A DNA stretch of 64,000 nt from Octopus bimaculoides. Taxonomy: Eukaryota. Position 1 is the stretch's first letter, and the number at the start of each line of letters is the position of its first letter. The notes under the pieces were generated by a model. That model saw only the letters and a list, made by a program, of their open reading frames with translations. It had not been told where the DNA came from and made no database searches. Made by a program: the position numbers and the translations under genes. The stretch covers positions 73,486,485 to 73,550,484 of the forward strand of contig NC_068989.1 of the NCBI RefSeq assembly GCF_001194135.2, in the 5' to 3' direction. Shown here in pieces: positions 48,850 through 61,699 of the stretch.

Positions 48850-49090
48850 GGTTTCCTTCATGAAGAACAGAAAGCTTAGGTTTTAGCTACAGCCATTTAG
48901 CAAACCCTAGTGGTCTTACAAAGACCATTTTTCAAAGAACTGTACTACGAGAAAGGAGAGTGGACAAAACGAAAAGATAAATGGTGAACATCAAGGGATA
49001 ACACAGGCAAATCATTGCAGTAATATGAGATTTGGCATACAGTTACACAGATTGTGAGGTCTGGCATATATACAGCATGTACATATATGA
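48850..49090 (+). mobile_element. Highly degraded BovB-like RTE ORF2 3' relic
   Basis: NRKLR.. then, frameshifted, PSGLTKTIFQRTVLRERRVDKTKR*MVNIKG*, resembling the KLRW...SGLAKTILQGTV-G-RRRGRQ-KRW-DNIKEW pattern. Confidence 0.45.
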
Positions 49091-49524
49091 TGCTCATATG
49101 GCTTCATCAGTGGTTGAGGGCTCAAGTTGACATGAATTTATGATATTTCTTTTTCTGTTGCAGTAAACAATCAGGAGAAGTTCAGTTTCTTTCCCTCTTG
49201 TTGTAGCATACATTTTTTTACTCTGTCATCTCAGCAGCTACTTTACAAAATCAGTAGGCTGCTGCAACTAGCCAATGATTTCATATATAATTGTGCATGT
49301 GTGTGTGTGTATGTGCGCACATGTTTGTTATGTGCATAGGCATAGCTGTGTGGTTCAGAAGCTTGCTTCTTAATCATGCTATTTTGAGCTCACTTCCATC
49401 ATGTAGAACTTTAGGCAAGTGTCTTCTACTGTAGCTCCATGCTGACCAAAGCCTTGTGAATGCATTTGAATGATGAAAGGACCTCATCGTGTGTGTGTGT
49501 GTGTGTGTGTGTCTCCCTCTGTTG

Positions 49525-49916
49525 ACATCATATACTCTTTTACTCTTTTACTTGTTTCAGTCATTTGACTGTGGCCATGCTGGAGCACCGCCTTTAGTCG
49601 AGAAAATCGACCCCAGGACTTATTCTTTGTAAGCCTTGTACTTATTCTATCATTCTCTTTTTGCCGAACCGCTAAGTTACGGGGATGTAAACACACCAGC
49701 ATCAGTTGTCAAGCTATGGTGGGGGGACAAGCACAGACACAAACACACATACATACATATATATATATATACATATATACGACAGGCTTCTTTCAGTTTC
49801 CATCTACCAAATCCACTCACAAGGCTTTGGTCGGCCCGAGGCTATAGTAGAAGACACTTGCCCAAGGTGCCACGCAGTGGGACTGAACCCGGAACCATGT
49901 GGTTGGTAAGCAAGCT
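49525..49916 (-). mobile_element. Full-length SINE family A (young)
   Basis: Reverse complement near consensus, CpGs retained. Confidence 0.9.
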
Positions 49917-50327
49917 GTTATACAAGTGTTGTTATTCATTTTCAACCTTCCCTGAAAAGCAAGTTTAGCTATGGGGACATATCACCTAGCTTGGAAAATA
50001 GTGAGGGTTGGTGACAGGAAGAGTATCCAGTCATAGACAATCAGTATCTGAACTTCATAATCATGGAAAAGTTGACATTGAAATGAAGATGATGATGTTG
50101 ATATCATATATTTATATATTTGGAGATGCTCTGTATTAATAAAAAGTAAATATATTAAAATATGCTTCAGTTATATTCATTTAATTTCTATTAACATAAA
50201 AGCCTCTCCAGACAGAGGTGAAGTTGCAAGTATCACCTAAACGTTTGAATACTGAGTATGGTGCTGATCTGACGAAACAGGTTGGGTAACAGATTAAATT
50301 CTGTGTGACATTCAATTACATCCTAGT

Positions 50328-51001
50328 AGGCACAGGAGTGGCTGTGTGGTAAGAAGCTTGCTTCCCAATCACATGGTTCTGGGTTCAGTCCCATTGCGTG
50401 GCACCTTGGGCAAGTGTCTTCTACTATAGCCTCGGGCTGACCAAAGCCTTGTGAGTGGATTTGGTAGACGGAAACTGAAATAAACCCATCATATATATAT
50501 ATATGTATGTATTTGTGTGTCTGTGTTTGTCCCCCACTCCACTCCATCATCGCTTGATAACTGATGTTGGTGTGTTTATATTCCTATAACTTAGCAGTTT
50601 GGCAAAAGAGACCAATAGAATAAGTACTAGGCTTACAAAGAATAAGTCCTGGGGTCGATTTGTTTGACTAAAGACGGTGCTCCAGCATGGCTACAGTCAA
50701 ATGACTGAAACAAGTAAAAGACATAGTACTCTCAGTAAAGTGGTTGATATTAGGAAGGCCATCCAACCACAGAAACCATACAATATATGTGTATGTGTGT
50801 ATATGTGTTTCTGTGTCTGTGTTTGTCGCTTGACAACCAATGCTGGTGTGTTTACGTCCCCGTAACTTAGCGGTTTGGCAAAAAAGACCAATAGAATAAG
50901 TACTAGGCTTACAAAGAATAAGTCCTGGGGTCGATTTGCTTGACTAAAGGCGGTACTCCAGCATGGCCACAGTCAAATGACTGAAACAAGTAAAAGAGTA
51001 A
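50328..51001 (+). mobile_element. Full-length SINE A followed by a second SINE A 3' half
   Basis: Head at 50328; 3' bodies at about 50520-50720 and 50815-51001, separated by a short RTE-UTR fragment and (TG)n. Confidence 0.85.
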
Positions 51002-51894
51002 ATAGCAGACATCTGAGCATGGTGTGGTATAGTTCAGGTGTGAGCAGCCTTTTAGTATAGTGAATCATGGATCATCATCAGGTGGGCCACACTACCAAAA
51101 ACATAAAACAACTAAGAAAACACAGAAGCGATTTTTTTCTCAGACAAACACCACATTACCATGCCTTTCAACTGTGTAGATACATTTAGTATGATACATA
51201 GATAGCAATATATATATATATATATATATATGGTTAGTCCACATTACTCTCTAATGAGTGAGCATAGGGCCAGTTAACCAGCTAGCGACAGGTTGTTTAT
51301 GACCGGTGCAGTCCTCTGACTTGCCAGATCCTGTTGAACTGTCCAAACCATGCTAGCATGAAGATAGACATTAAATGACGATAATGATGATTATGACGGT
51401 CTCCCATCTCTATTGACATATGAAACCACCACCATCATCATCATCACCATCATTACCAGCGGCAGCAGCAGCAGCTGCTGCAATAGCACAGTCGGCAAAT
51501 TAGTCTCATCTCTTTGAATTTGCTCACCATATGCACGGCTCCCTTCTGCCCCTATCATTATCAGTTTCATTCATCTCTCCTGTCCTACCCCTACTGAGCC
51601 CTGTTGTCCCTTTATGATAACTACAAACGTTAGCTTAAAACAATTCCCACGAAAGATAGAGAATGAAATCACAAATTGAATCAAAAACATATAACTTTTT
51701 TAGCCAATACTTTCATTATACTGTCACCGTGTATCAGTGTGGGCTTGTTTGTATGTTTATGTGTATGTAGTGTGTGTGTGTGTGTTATATAATTGCTATA
51801 TTAATTGTAGTATTTCATGAATGATTTCTGTATTTTAAATGTCATTTCGAGAAATGGAACCACATGCTGCAGCATTTAAAAGGATGAGGTGACA

Positions 51895-51940
<46 letters not shown>

Positions 51941-53029
51941 CAACAACAACAGCACCAGCAACAAAATGGTTATGATATCCGTTGTTGCTGTTATCGTCGA
52001 TATCACCATTATCATCAACTGTTATCTCCACACTTTTAATATTTGCCTACTATTGTTGCTATGACAATTTTGAACCATTCCACAAGATTGAAAGAAGATA
52101 AAAATGGACGAATAGAAAACTACATAAAGAGAAGAGAAAACAAAATCAAATTGATAATAATAATGATGATGATGATGATGATGATGATGATAAATTAAAA
52201 AAAAAATGGAACAAAGTATAAAAGCAAATCAAAATCATTCTTTTTATTCATCATTCAATTTGATTATGGTAGTGAAAGTGGTGTCCTGGTGGACACTTCA
52301 TGAAATCAAAGCATTTACCCGGTTCTCTGTTCTCAGTAAATTCATAGAAAAATAAAAGGAAGTTGATCACAGTTAGCCTTTTATGTTGCGAAACACAAGA
52401 ATTTCTCTTGTCTGTCTATTTCTTTGGTAACATACATGTCCATAATGGTTATTATTCAATTAGCTCTACAAGTATTCTTACATAAAATATGCCTTTTCCA
52501 CTTTGGCTCTGGTAATTGGTTCAGTTATATCATAGTTATCATGTTTCCAAAGTGGCATCATTTAAGATTTAAATGCAGTGCCAGTGACTGCGCTAGGGCC
52601 TGTTATATATAATAAAAAAGTAGTTTTAATAGTTCATTTATCATACTTCCCTGTATGATTAACTTTGGGTGCAAATTTAAGGAAAATGCCTCTTTGATAT
52701 TTCTCACTGATATAATCAGCACAGTTTTCATGAATATTATACTTATAAAATGTCTGTTTGGATTAATATACCAATATTTCTTTTATCGATTTATTTCCAT
52801 AACTACAGGAGGAATTGTCAGATTTATTAATTTTTTTTTTTTATCTTGGATTATAATAAAACTAGTTGTTTATCTCTATTCCACCAATTTTTGGTGCAAT
52901 TCTAGCCAAGTACTACATACAAAAAGATACTCATCACCTATGCTTTGTGATAATATACCCCCTCTCTTTTTCTCCTCTCTCTTTCTCCCCCCCCCCTCCC
53001 ATCTCTCCCTCCGCCTTTCTTCTCATCAT

Positions 53030-53240
53030 CATATAATGTCTGCTTTCCCTTGCCTGCATATGTTGGACAGAATCTATTCAACCTTGAGACAGATTTTCTA
53101 TGGTTGGATGCCCTTCCTGCTGTCAACCCTCACTTTTCTCCAGTCAAGATAATATTTCCCCATGGCCAAACATGTTCTTGCAGAACACTGGAAATTGAAT
53201 GACACTACTTGTATGACAGTCACAGTCATTTTGCAACTAC
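53030..53240 (-). mobile_element. Family 'J' element: RTE-like tail with a distinct middle body
   Basis: GGATGCCCTTCCTG..CAACC plus tail as in RTE, then AAGATAATATTTCCCCATGGCC. Other copies near 14655-14810, 19790-19990, 40470-40690, 49960-50100 and 53690-53885. Confidence 0.55.
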
Positions 53241-53255
53241 CACAGACATATGTGC

Positions 53256-53308
<53 letters not shown>

Positions 53309-55051
53309 ANNNNNNNNNNNNNNNNNNNNNNNNNNNNNNNNNNNNNNNNNNNNNNNNNNNNNNNNNNNNNNNNNNNNNNNNNNNNNNNNNNNNNNNNNNN
53401 NNNNNNNNNNNNNNNNNNNNNNNNNNNNNNNNNNNNNNNNNNNNNNNNNNNNNNNNNNNNNNNNNNNNNNNNNNNNNNNNNNNNNNNNNNNNNNNNNNNN
53501 NNNNNNNNNNNNNNNNNNNNNNNTATATATATATATATATATATATATGGACCCAGTCTCACACTTTATGTAAGTGTATTCTACTATAACCCTGAGCTGA
53601 CAGGTGCCTCGTGAGTGGAGTCGGTACATGGAAACTGAAGAAATCCATCGTGTGTGTGTATGTGTGCATGTGCATCTTGTTTGGACATTGTGCAGTAGTT
53701 GTAAATGAGTGTCAAGGTTATACAAGCAGTGCCCTTTGTTTCTAATCTGTGAACACCTCTCTGGCCATTGGAAAATATTATCTTGCTTGGAACAGGTGAG
53801 GGTGAAGGTTGGCAACAGGAAAGGCATCTAACTGCAAAAAATCTACCTCAAAGCTAGCATGGAAGTGTAGACCTTAAAACGACAACAGTGACTTGTGTGT
53901 CATTTCAATTTTAGTAAAACAAAAGTATTTCCTTCCTTTAAATGCTTGCAAAAGACTGTTCTTTTATATGTATGTAGACAAATGTAAGCGTAATCAATTT
54001 AGCTAGTAAGCTTGTTTTGGTTAAAATCCAAGCTAATGATAGCAGTATACAAGAAGAAAATAGACTTTTTATAATTTAGAGTTTTGTAAATTTAGTCGAA
54101 TGCCAGTTAAACTAAGATGTTGTGGCATACTGGAAAATCAATTGTGATTGAATAGGCATATGATCAAAGACTATTCCATTCCAATTATGGCCAAGGAATC
54201 TTTATTTATTTCTAAGCATTGCATACCCTGGAATGATTTATCCAATATGTCCTCCTGTTTGAGATGATAGCATGGTGATTTCAGAGAGATTTGGCTCCTA
54301 TTTCTAGCAGGTTAGATGACTACATAGAGCATGGATGAAGAATCCCTTGCTCATGTTTAAACTTGTAACAGCCTTTGACACAGTCTTTAAGTCTCATATG
54401 GAGACACACCCACCTCCAAAAATAAGTTTTTAATCTTAATATTAAAGCACTAATTTAATATAAGTCTATAATATATATAATTTAATATTAAAAATTCAGG
54501 GCATAGCCCCGAATTTTGCCAAATTAGGGATTCATTATTTTTTTCCTAATACAGACGGTAACCCTCTCACAGATTTTTATGCATCTGCAATTTGCCTCTA
54601 GCACTAAAAGAAGTTTCCCACTGACCCAACATAGAAGCTCTCTTATTGATTCACAACGCTAAACTAAGTTATTTAGTGGTGTGCAGTTCTGTCAAATGCA
54701 TAATGTTTCTCACCAAATATAGAATGATTGGAAACTGGATAAGTGCATTTTGATAAACAATATTTTATTAGATTTTAGTAACTCTATACTGAATGTTTAA
54801 CATATTTCTGAGGCAACTTAGTGGTTTTATATTTCAAGCTTAATGACTGATAACATATATGTATAGCTATTGTGATAATCTGTTTAATCTTATGGAGTAA
54901 GGAAATGGTTGTTATTTTTACAACCTTAAACTTTGACATCACTGACAAACTGTTTTGTGTCAGAAATTATTCAAAATATGTTGATAGCTGTTGCAGAGTC
55001 TAGACCTTGAAATTTCTTACATGTTCACAGTCAGAATGATGAATAATAATA

Positions 55052-56662
55052 ATTAGCGGTTCTGTGGTATTTTTTACATACCATGCTATGTTGTTTTCTT
55101 CTGCTCTAATGCTGTGTTCGCATCCAATAAGTCCTCTTCCCCCTCTTTTTCTTGGTACATACAGTTTGTCTGTGTCACTTTTTGGGTGGAGTGTCCCATA
55201 TCTAGTTAGCAACTTCCTTGTCTTTCTGCCTAAGCTGTTTAGTTTGTCTACTATCCATGCGATTACCCTTGCTCCATATCTAAGAAGTGAAACTGCCCAG
55301 GTGTTGATAGCTTCGATCTGATTCCAACCGTTTAATTTTGACTTAAGGATCAGTCTCAGTCTGCGTAAGTACTACACCTTAAATTTTTCTGTCATTTCTT
55401 TCTCCATTAATTTATCCATTTCCAAAATCCCTAAGTACTTATAGCCCGTCTCTTCTATCTGCTTCATAACCTCCCCCGATGGTATTCTTTAGTCCTTCCA
55501 TACATTTGATTTTGCCTCTCTTCAAGACTAACACACCACACTTTCTCACTCCGAACTCCATTCTGATATCAGCACTGAAGGTGTACACCGTATCAACAAG
55601 GGAACTGACTTGGACTTCATCTTTACCATAAAGTTTGAGGTCATCCATGAATAACAAATGGTTGACTTTCTGTTGGCGGCTTTTGAATACATACCCAGCT
55701 TTTGCTTTCCTCAGAATCAGTGTCAGTGTTATCAAGCACAGTACAAAGATCAGTGGGGACAGGCAGTCCCCTTGGAAGATGCCCCTCCTAATTTCTACTG
55801 TCACTAAACTTCTTCCGTATGCTGTCAGGTCCATCCTCCAATTTGCCATACTTTTTCCAAGCAATCGCTCAACATTTGATGCAATCCCAAACAGGTTCAT
55901 ACACTCCATAATCCAAGAATGTGGGATCATATCGTACACCCTACAATAGTCGATCCATGACATGGCTTGGCTAAGTTACTTTTCCTCCTCTTGCAGTCTC
56001 TGAGTACAGTTTTATCTATCAGGAGTTGGTCCTTGGTACCTTTGCACTTACGCTTGCAACCCTTCTGCTCATGTGGCAGGACTATTTTTTTTCTAGATGT
56101 TTGTACATTGACTCTGTGAGTATTCCAGTCAATAACTTCCACATAAGTGGCAAACAGGATATCGGCCTGTAATTGTCTACCATATTGCCTTTTTCTTATG
56201 TTTTTTAGACACTGCACTGTCCTACCAAATGTCAACCACTCTAGTGTTGTTTGGTGACATTTAACAAGGTGTTGAGTTGCTATTCATGCATCACATTCAC
56301 CAAATCTTTTGATCCAGTAGCCTTGAACTCCATCTGGTCCCAGGGCTTTCTAGTTGCTCATGTTTTTGCTGATTCCCTTCACTTCCCAAATTGAAATGAC
56401 TGTTTTGGACAAACTACTGTTTGTTTCAGTTCTTGCAACCATTCAGCATCCTTCTTGTGCTCCTTGTTTTTGCTCCAGATGTCACTCCAAAACCTTTGAC
56501 TTTCAATGTTATCTGGTATCATCTTTTCATCTGTACACCCGCCATTTATTTCTTTATAGAATCTCTTCTGATCTACTCTGAATAACCTATTCTGGTGGTA
56601 ACCCTTCATTCTTTGGTTGTATCTTACCATCTTTGCTTTCTTTGCAACGAGGTGATAAAATA
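55052..56662 (-). mobile_element. R4/Dong-like (RLE-clade) non-LTR retrotransposon, reverse transcriptase fragment with frameshifts
   Basis: Joined frames: RYNQRMKGYHQNRLFRVDQKRFYKE..FWSDIWS; [18 protein letters not shown]; EQKGCKRKCKGTKDQLLID; WIDYCRVYDMIPHSW; GIFQGDCLSPLIF; HLLFMDDLKLY; LHPKSDTDKLYVPRKRGGRGL. The clade call rests on recalled R4/Dong/Rex6-type motifs. No endonuclease domain is visible. Confidence 0.85.
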
Positions 56663-57519
56663 GACCTTTGATCAAAAGCATTCAGACCATGGCCATCCCA
56701 CCTTTATTTTTCTTTATAAACAACATTATCCAATGTACCATGTCCTTTCTTTTCTTTCTTTTTTTTTACATAAGACAAATTGGGTGCAATTTGTTGGGAA
56801 ACATGCCTGCTATTTCTAACTGAAGCTAGTGGTGTGCAATTCTTTTTAAATACTTCACCAGATACACATTTTCTGAGCATGTTCCTAACAATAAATATTT
56901 CTACACAATTCCAATCTCTTTAACATTGTTACACTATTTATAGTCATAGCATTCTGTGATTTAAACATGTGGTATGTGTTTTAATGAAATACCATTTCAT
57001 AGGAAGGATGGATAGATTACAGAATACAGTTACAGTACAATTCTATATTTTTAAGATGAAGAATTTATATTATGTATACTGTTTATATTAGTTGGATTGA
57101 TGTCCTCATCCTGAGTGTTGCTTTCACTACAGTCAATTATCGTATGCTTCAGCCTTCTTCAAGTGTCTTGTGTTGAACTTGGTTGTTGTATAGGAATTTT
57201 GAACCTAACCCATTATTTGATATTTGATCCATGGGGGTACACTGTTCTCATTCCACTCTGCGTTTCATGACATTTTTTGCTTCAGTTGATTTTTTTTGTG
57301 AATTACAATAATGTCTTGCCTGGGATTGAACTCGAAACCTCTTGGTGATTGCACTGCATTCATCAACACCTTTATCTACTGCACTGAGTTGAGTGGATCA
57401 ATATGTTTTTTACATTAAAAATTGACAGTCTACTCTAAGTACATACCATGCACACACAAACACACATGTACATGTGTGTGTGTGCGTGTGTGCGTGCATG
57501 TGTGTGTGTGTGTGTATTG

Positions 57520-57700
57520 CACCCATACTGGTGCTGCATAAAAGCATCCAGTACACTCTGTAAAGTGGTTGGTGTTAAGAAAGGCATCCAGCCATAGAAC
57601 AGATAACTGGAGCCTTGGCAGCTCTTCAGCTGTCCAGCTACTGTTGAACCATCCAACCCATGCCAGCATGGAAAATGGATGTTAAATGACGATGATGACA
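57520..57700 (+). mobile_element. RTE 3'-tail element
   Basis: AAAGCATCCAGTACACTCTGTAAAGTGGTTGG...CCAACCCATGCCAGCATGG...TTAAATGACGATGATG. Confidence 0.8.
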
Positions 57701-59219
57701 ATGAAGTAATAGTAGTAGTTAGTAGTCGTAGTATAATGTATAATGTATGTAGTCATGTATGCATCTACATATTTTTCAAAAGAAGTAACCATTAGAGACC
57801 AATAACCAATAAATGGGAGCTTCTTTTTATAAAAATACACAAGGTGGTGTTTGCCCAAATTTCAAAGACAGTTCCTTCTTGCTCTTGTTACTGAAAATGC
57901 AGGGAACAAGTCATTGGACCATTGGAAATTAGCAACCAGCAGCCCTATTTTTTCACCAAATGCAATTGAAATAAACCAAATATTAAGTCTAAGTTAGCTT
58001 TTTCATCCATCAAAGATCACCCTTTTATTACTACATCTCTTCTGAAATACACTGCTTTCATTTCTATTAATTTCTAAAAATAATGAAGAATTTAGTAAAA
58101 TAACTCTGTGTTTATGGTGGTGCTCCTGCATGACCGCAGCCACTTGGCTGAAATGCATAAATAAATAAATTATCAAGTTGGTAGTTGGAGCATAAATTAA
58201 CATGAAATTTTGATAGGTTTTTATTTAGATACAAGAAGATTATATTCTAGAATCTGGGGCAGTCTCAGATGGGTTGGTATCAAAAGAGTTAAAATCTGAA
58301 TGAATCAATCAATATAGTTGTTTTATTCAACAATATTCTTTATTTATGTTACAATTATGTCAATGTACCTTGCTGAAAGTATTTACATATTATTTCATTC
58401 TGTGTGATCATGACACCAATTAGAATATTTGATTCAGAATTTTTAAATGTTTGATTTTGATTTTTTTCTTTTTTAAAGATATTGGCTTTCTTTGTTAAAA
58501 GAGATGCTTTTAAGTATTGATGTATTTTCTTTATTATTCACAATTATTCAGCAGTAAAATATTGATTACTGTTAAGATTATAATTTTCCTTTATAAATTT
58601 CAAAAGGCCAAGTTTACCCTGCATTCAACTGATTGAACTAACTATTGTAGGCTCTCGGACACTTTAACTACCTAGGAGGGTTGCAAGGCAGACAGAAGCA
58701 CAGAACATGGCAACAGAGGGGTATCCAGGAGTCTTGACCTGGATGTGGCCTGGCCCCTTTAAACTGTAAGGAGTGAAGGGCCAAAACACTTGCATGAAGA
58801 GAATTCTTTGCTAAAACCCTTCTGCTCATCACCTGTCCCTGAAGTCTCTTACTACCATACTGTTTCTTAATCTCTGGTCAATGGAGACAAAGTGTCTATA
58901 CTATAATATTTATATCAGTCTCTCTGTTTTGGTTGTTTTGCTTTTTTTCTTTATCTTGAATTGTCATCAAGTGTCTACTTCCTGAATGGAGATATAGAAA
59001 CATGACTGGATTCATATGGCATTTATTTGTAGTAAATTGAAGCTGCAGAAGAAAAGAGAAAGCTACATGATGCTTGTTGATGTTCTTGTATTTTTGAAAT
59101 GCATTTACATTGAAAAGGAGAATTGTGAATGGAATAGTTTCATGGAAGCTGTTTTCTAGCAGTCTACTTGAAGTAAGCTCTATGTTTGTTTGCTAGAAAC
59201 CTACAAAGAAATTCACGAA

Positions 59220-59608
59220 GTAACAAGAGCACTCAGAGAGCCCTAACCCTAACCCTAACCCTAACTCTGCCAAGGCAACACCAACGTCCTCTTGATGATT
59301 AACCAGAGATGATTTTTAAAATGAGAATGTCTGAAATAAACTCGGCTGCTCTCGCAAACGAGAATACTAAAAACGAACCTGAGCACTCTCAAAAATTAAG
59401 TAAAAAAAAAAACGGAAAAATATTCCAGAATCCTTGTCCGGTACCAGATCGATCCCAAAATCTAATCAGTTTGTGTCAGTCATGAGGCCAAACATCCCTG
59501 AAAGTTTCATCCGAATCCATCCAGTGGTTCTTGAGATATCTTGTCCACAGGCAAACATACAAACATGACTGAAAACTATATCTCTGCCTTCGCTAAGGCA
59601 GAGGTAAT
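59220..59608 (-). mobile_element. Helentron/DINE-1-like element 'G', copy 3 (most complete), containing (CCCTAA)4
   Basis: Terminal palindrome CTCTGCCTT-CGCT-AAGGCAGAG at 59582-59603; GCACTC hairpin arm at the other end; colinear with 7289-7663. Confidence 0.7.
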
Positions 59609-60317
59609 AATGCTTGTGAGGTCAAGTTTTTGGATTATTGCTCTTGTGGACGAAAGCTGTCTCAGTTTACTGTTACAGCCTTAGCAAAGTATATACCCTG
59701 ATTGCCTCAGTCTGTTGAGTTAACTATAGGTTTCAATGTTCAGTGTTTGAATGGTATGTGCATGTGTGTGTGTGTGTGTGTGTGTTAGTTGTAAAATTGG
59801 TTTGGCAATGATATATACAACTATTAAGATCTGGAATTAAACAGATGGGCTTTCATTTGGAATGAAAACCTATCTGTTTAATAATGATTTGTAATCAAAG
59901 GGACAATATAAATACATTCATTTTGCTACAAATGAATATATGAATCCACTCAGGTTTCTATGGATACATTCATGAAGTAGGCACCATGTACATGGCATCT
60001 GTTCATTGAACATAGCCATGATTATGATTTCTAACCTACTTGCACTTTCAATGTTAACTTCAAAGTGTCCAGGATCTGTTGTGTCACCCATGGTCTTTGA
60101 GGCCATCTCAGAGTAGTTTGTTTCATATAATGATCACACAACTCTTGAATATTTTGCAAGAAAGACAGTAGAATGTAGGCAATTTGCAATGTGTTTGCTA
60201 CTGGGAAAAGGTTAGGCTCCACTAGGACTTAATTGCTTTATGCATAACACACTAATAATCAAGACTATGATGGTGCCTCAGTGACTCAGTGTATTGTTGC
60301 TCTCTCCATCTTGGTGA

Positions 60318-60520
60318 AAGAGAGAGAGAGAGAAGTGAAGGAGTACAAGAGAGAGAGAGAAGTGAGGAGTACGAGAGAGAGAAGTGAGGAGTACAAGAGA
60401 GAGAAGTGAGGAGTACGAGAGAGAGAAGTGAGGAGTACGAGAGAGAGAAGTGAGGAGTACGAGAGAGAGAAGGTGAAGTGAGGGTGTGCAAAAGAGACAG
60501 AGAGAAAGTGAGGGTGGAGG
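60318..60520. repeat. Purine-rich minisatellite, unit about 22-24 bp: (GA)4-5 AGTGAGGAGTAC(A/G)A, six copies
   Basis: Units seen directly. Confidence 0.9.
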
Positions 60521-61006
60521 TCATTTAAATAAATCTACAAAATGTATTTGGTTCCTTTCATAATCTAAAGGCTCTGTCTCCAGAGCTTCTTGCAAGATTG
60601 TGTCTTTTGGATACCCTCTCATCATATTCCTGACAAGAATTCCCACTCTCCTTTCTCTGCAAACCTTACTCTTTTAACCCTCATGAGACACCCAGGCCGA
60701 TTGATCAACCCAAGTGATACAGACTGAAAGGACTTTGAGGCCGATCCATTGGCCTAATGAAACAAACGTTTTGAGGTGTAGTAGCCAATCAGGAATAGTC
60801 TTTCAGTAGATATACTATAAAGCTATATAATATATATAGATTTACATACTAATAAAGTAGTTTTAGGCACTTTATCCTTTGTTTTCTACATGCACCTATC
60901 AAATTCCATTTCAACAGAAAGAAAATACTTTGGTCTTTTTGGCTGCACATACCAAAACATTGTGTGTCTGAAAATGGTTAACTGCAACTAGGCCCTTGTA
61001 GAGTTA

Positions 61007-61563
61007 CAATACCAGTTTTGGAAAATTACTATTTGTAAATCTCACAAGGAGAGATATTCAGCAACAGTACTTTGGAGTAAAGATTATTTGCCAACATAAC
61101 ATGGCAGTCCTAGTTTAGGACTAATGTTGCTGTAATTTAGCCCTAGGAGACATCGTCTCCAGCTGGCTATACGACACGATCTGTGTCCTTATATTTTCGA
61201 ACAAGGGAATCTAGCACCCCACTTAGCTCAAAACAATATCTGTGTATCGCGATTTCCAGGTTATTTCCCTTCATCAGCACAGAATAATTGTTCAGCTAGA
61301 AGTGGCACTGCCAAATTCCCTTTCAAAATATATAGTTTTCAAAGTGACAACTAGTCACTGATCTATGATTTAGAAAATTTAGAAAATTACTATTGGTAAA
61401 TCTCACAACGAGAGATATTCAGCAACAGAACTTAGGAGTAAAGATTATTTGCCAGCATAACATGGCAGTCCTGGTTTAGGACGATGTCTCCTGGGGCTAA
61501 ATTACAACAACCAGGTCTGCCATATTATGTTGGTAAATAATCTTTACTCCAATACCAGTTTTG
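61007..61563. repeat. Composite direct/inverted repeat unit bounded by 14-bp direct repeats
   Basis: CAATACCAGTTTTG at 61007-61020 and 61550-61563; about 100-bp direct repeat 61021-61121 vs 61382-61482; 34-bp inverted arms 61435-61468 and 61517-61550. Confidence 0.8.
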
Positions 61564-61699
61564 TTTCGTTTTAGGATATATTTTTTTTCTTACTGTATTT
61601 TTTATTTTAAGCCAGAATATGAATACATTGCAAGTGAGAGGTGACAGCTTTCTGAAATGACCAACTCACTGCCTGGTATAGCATCATTACCATCACCAC

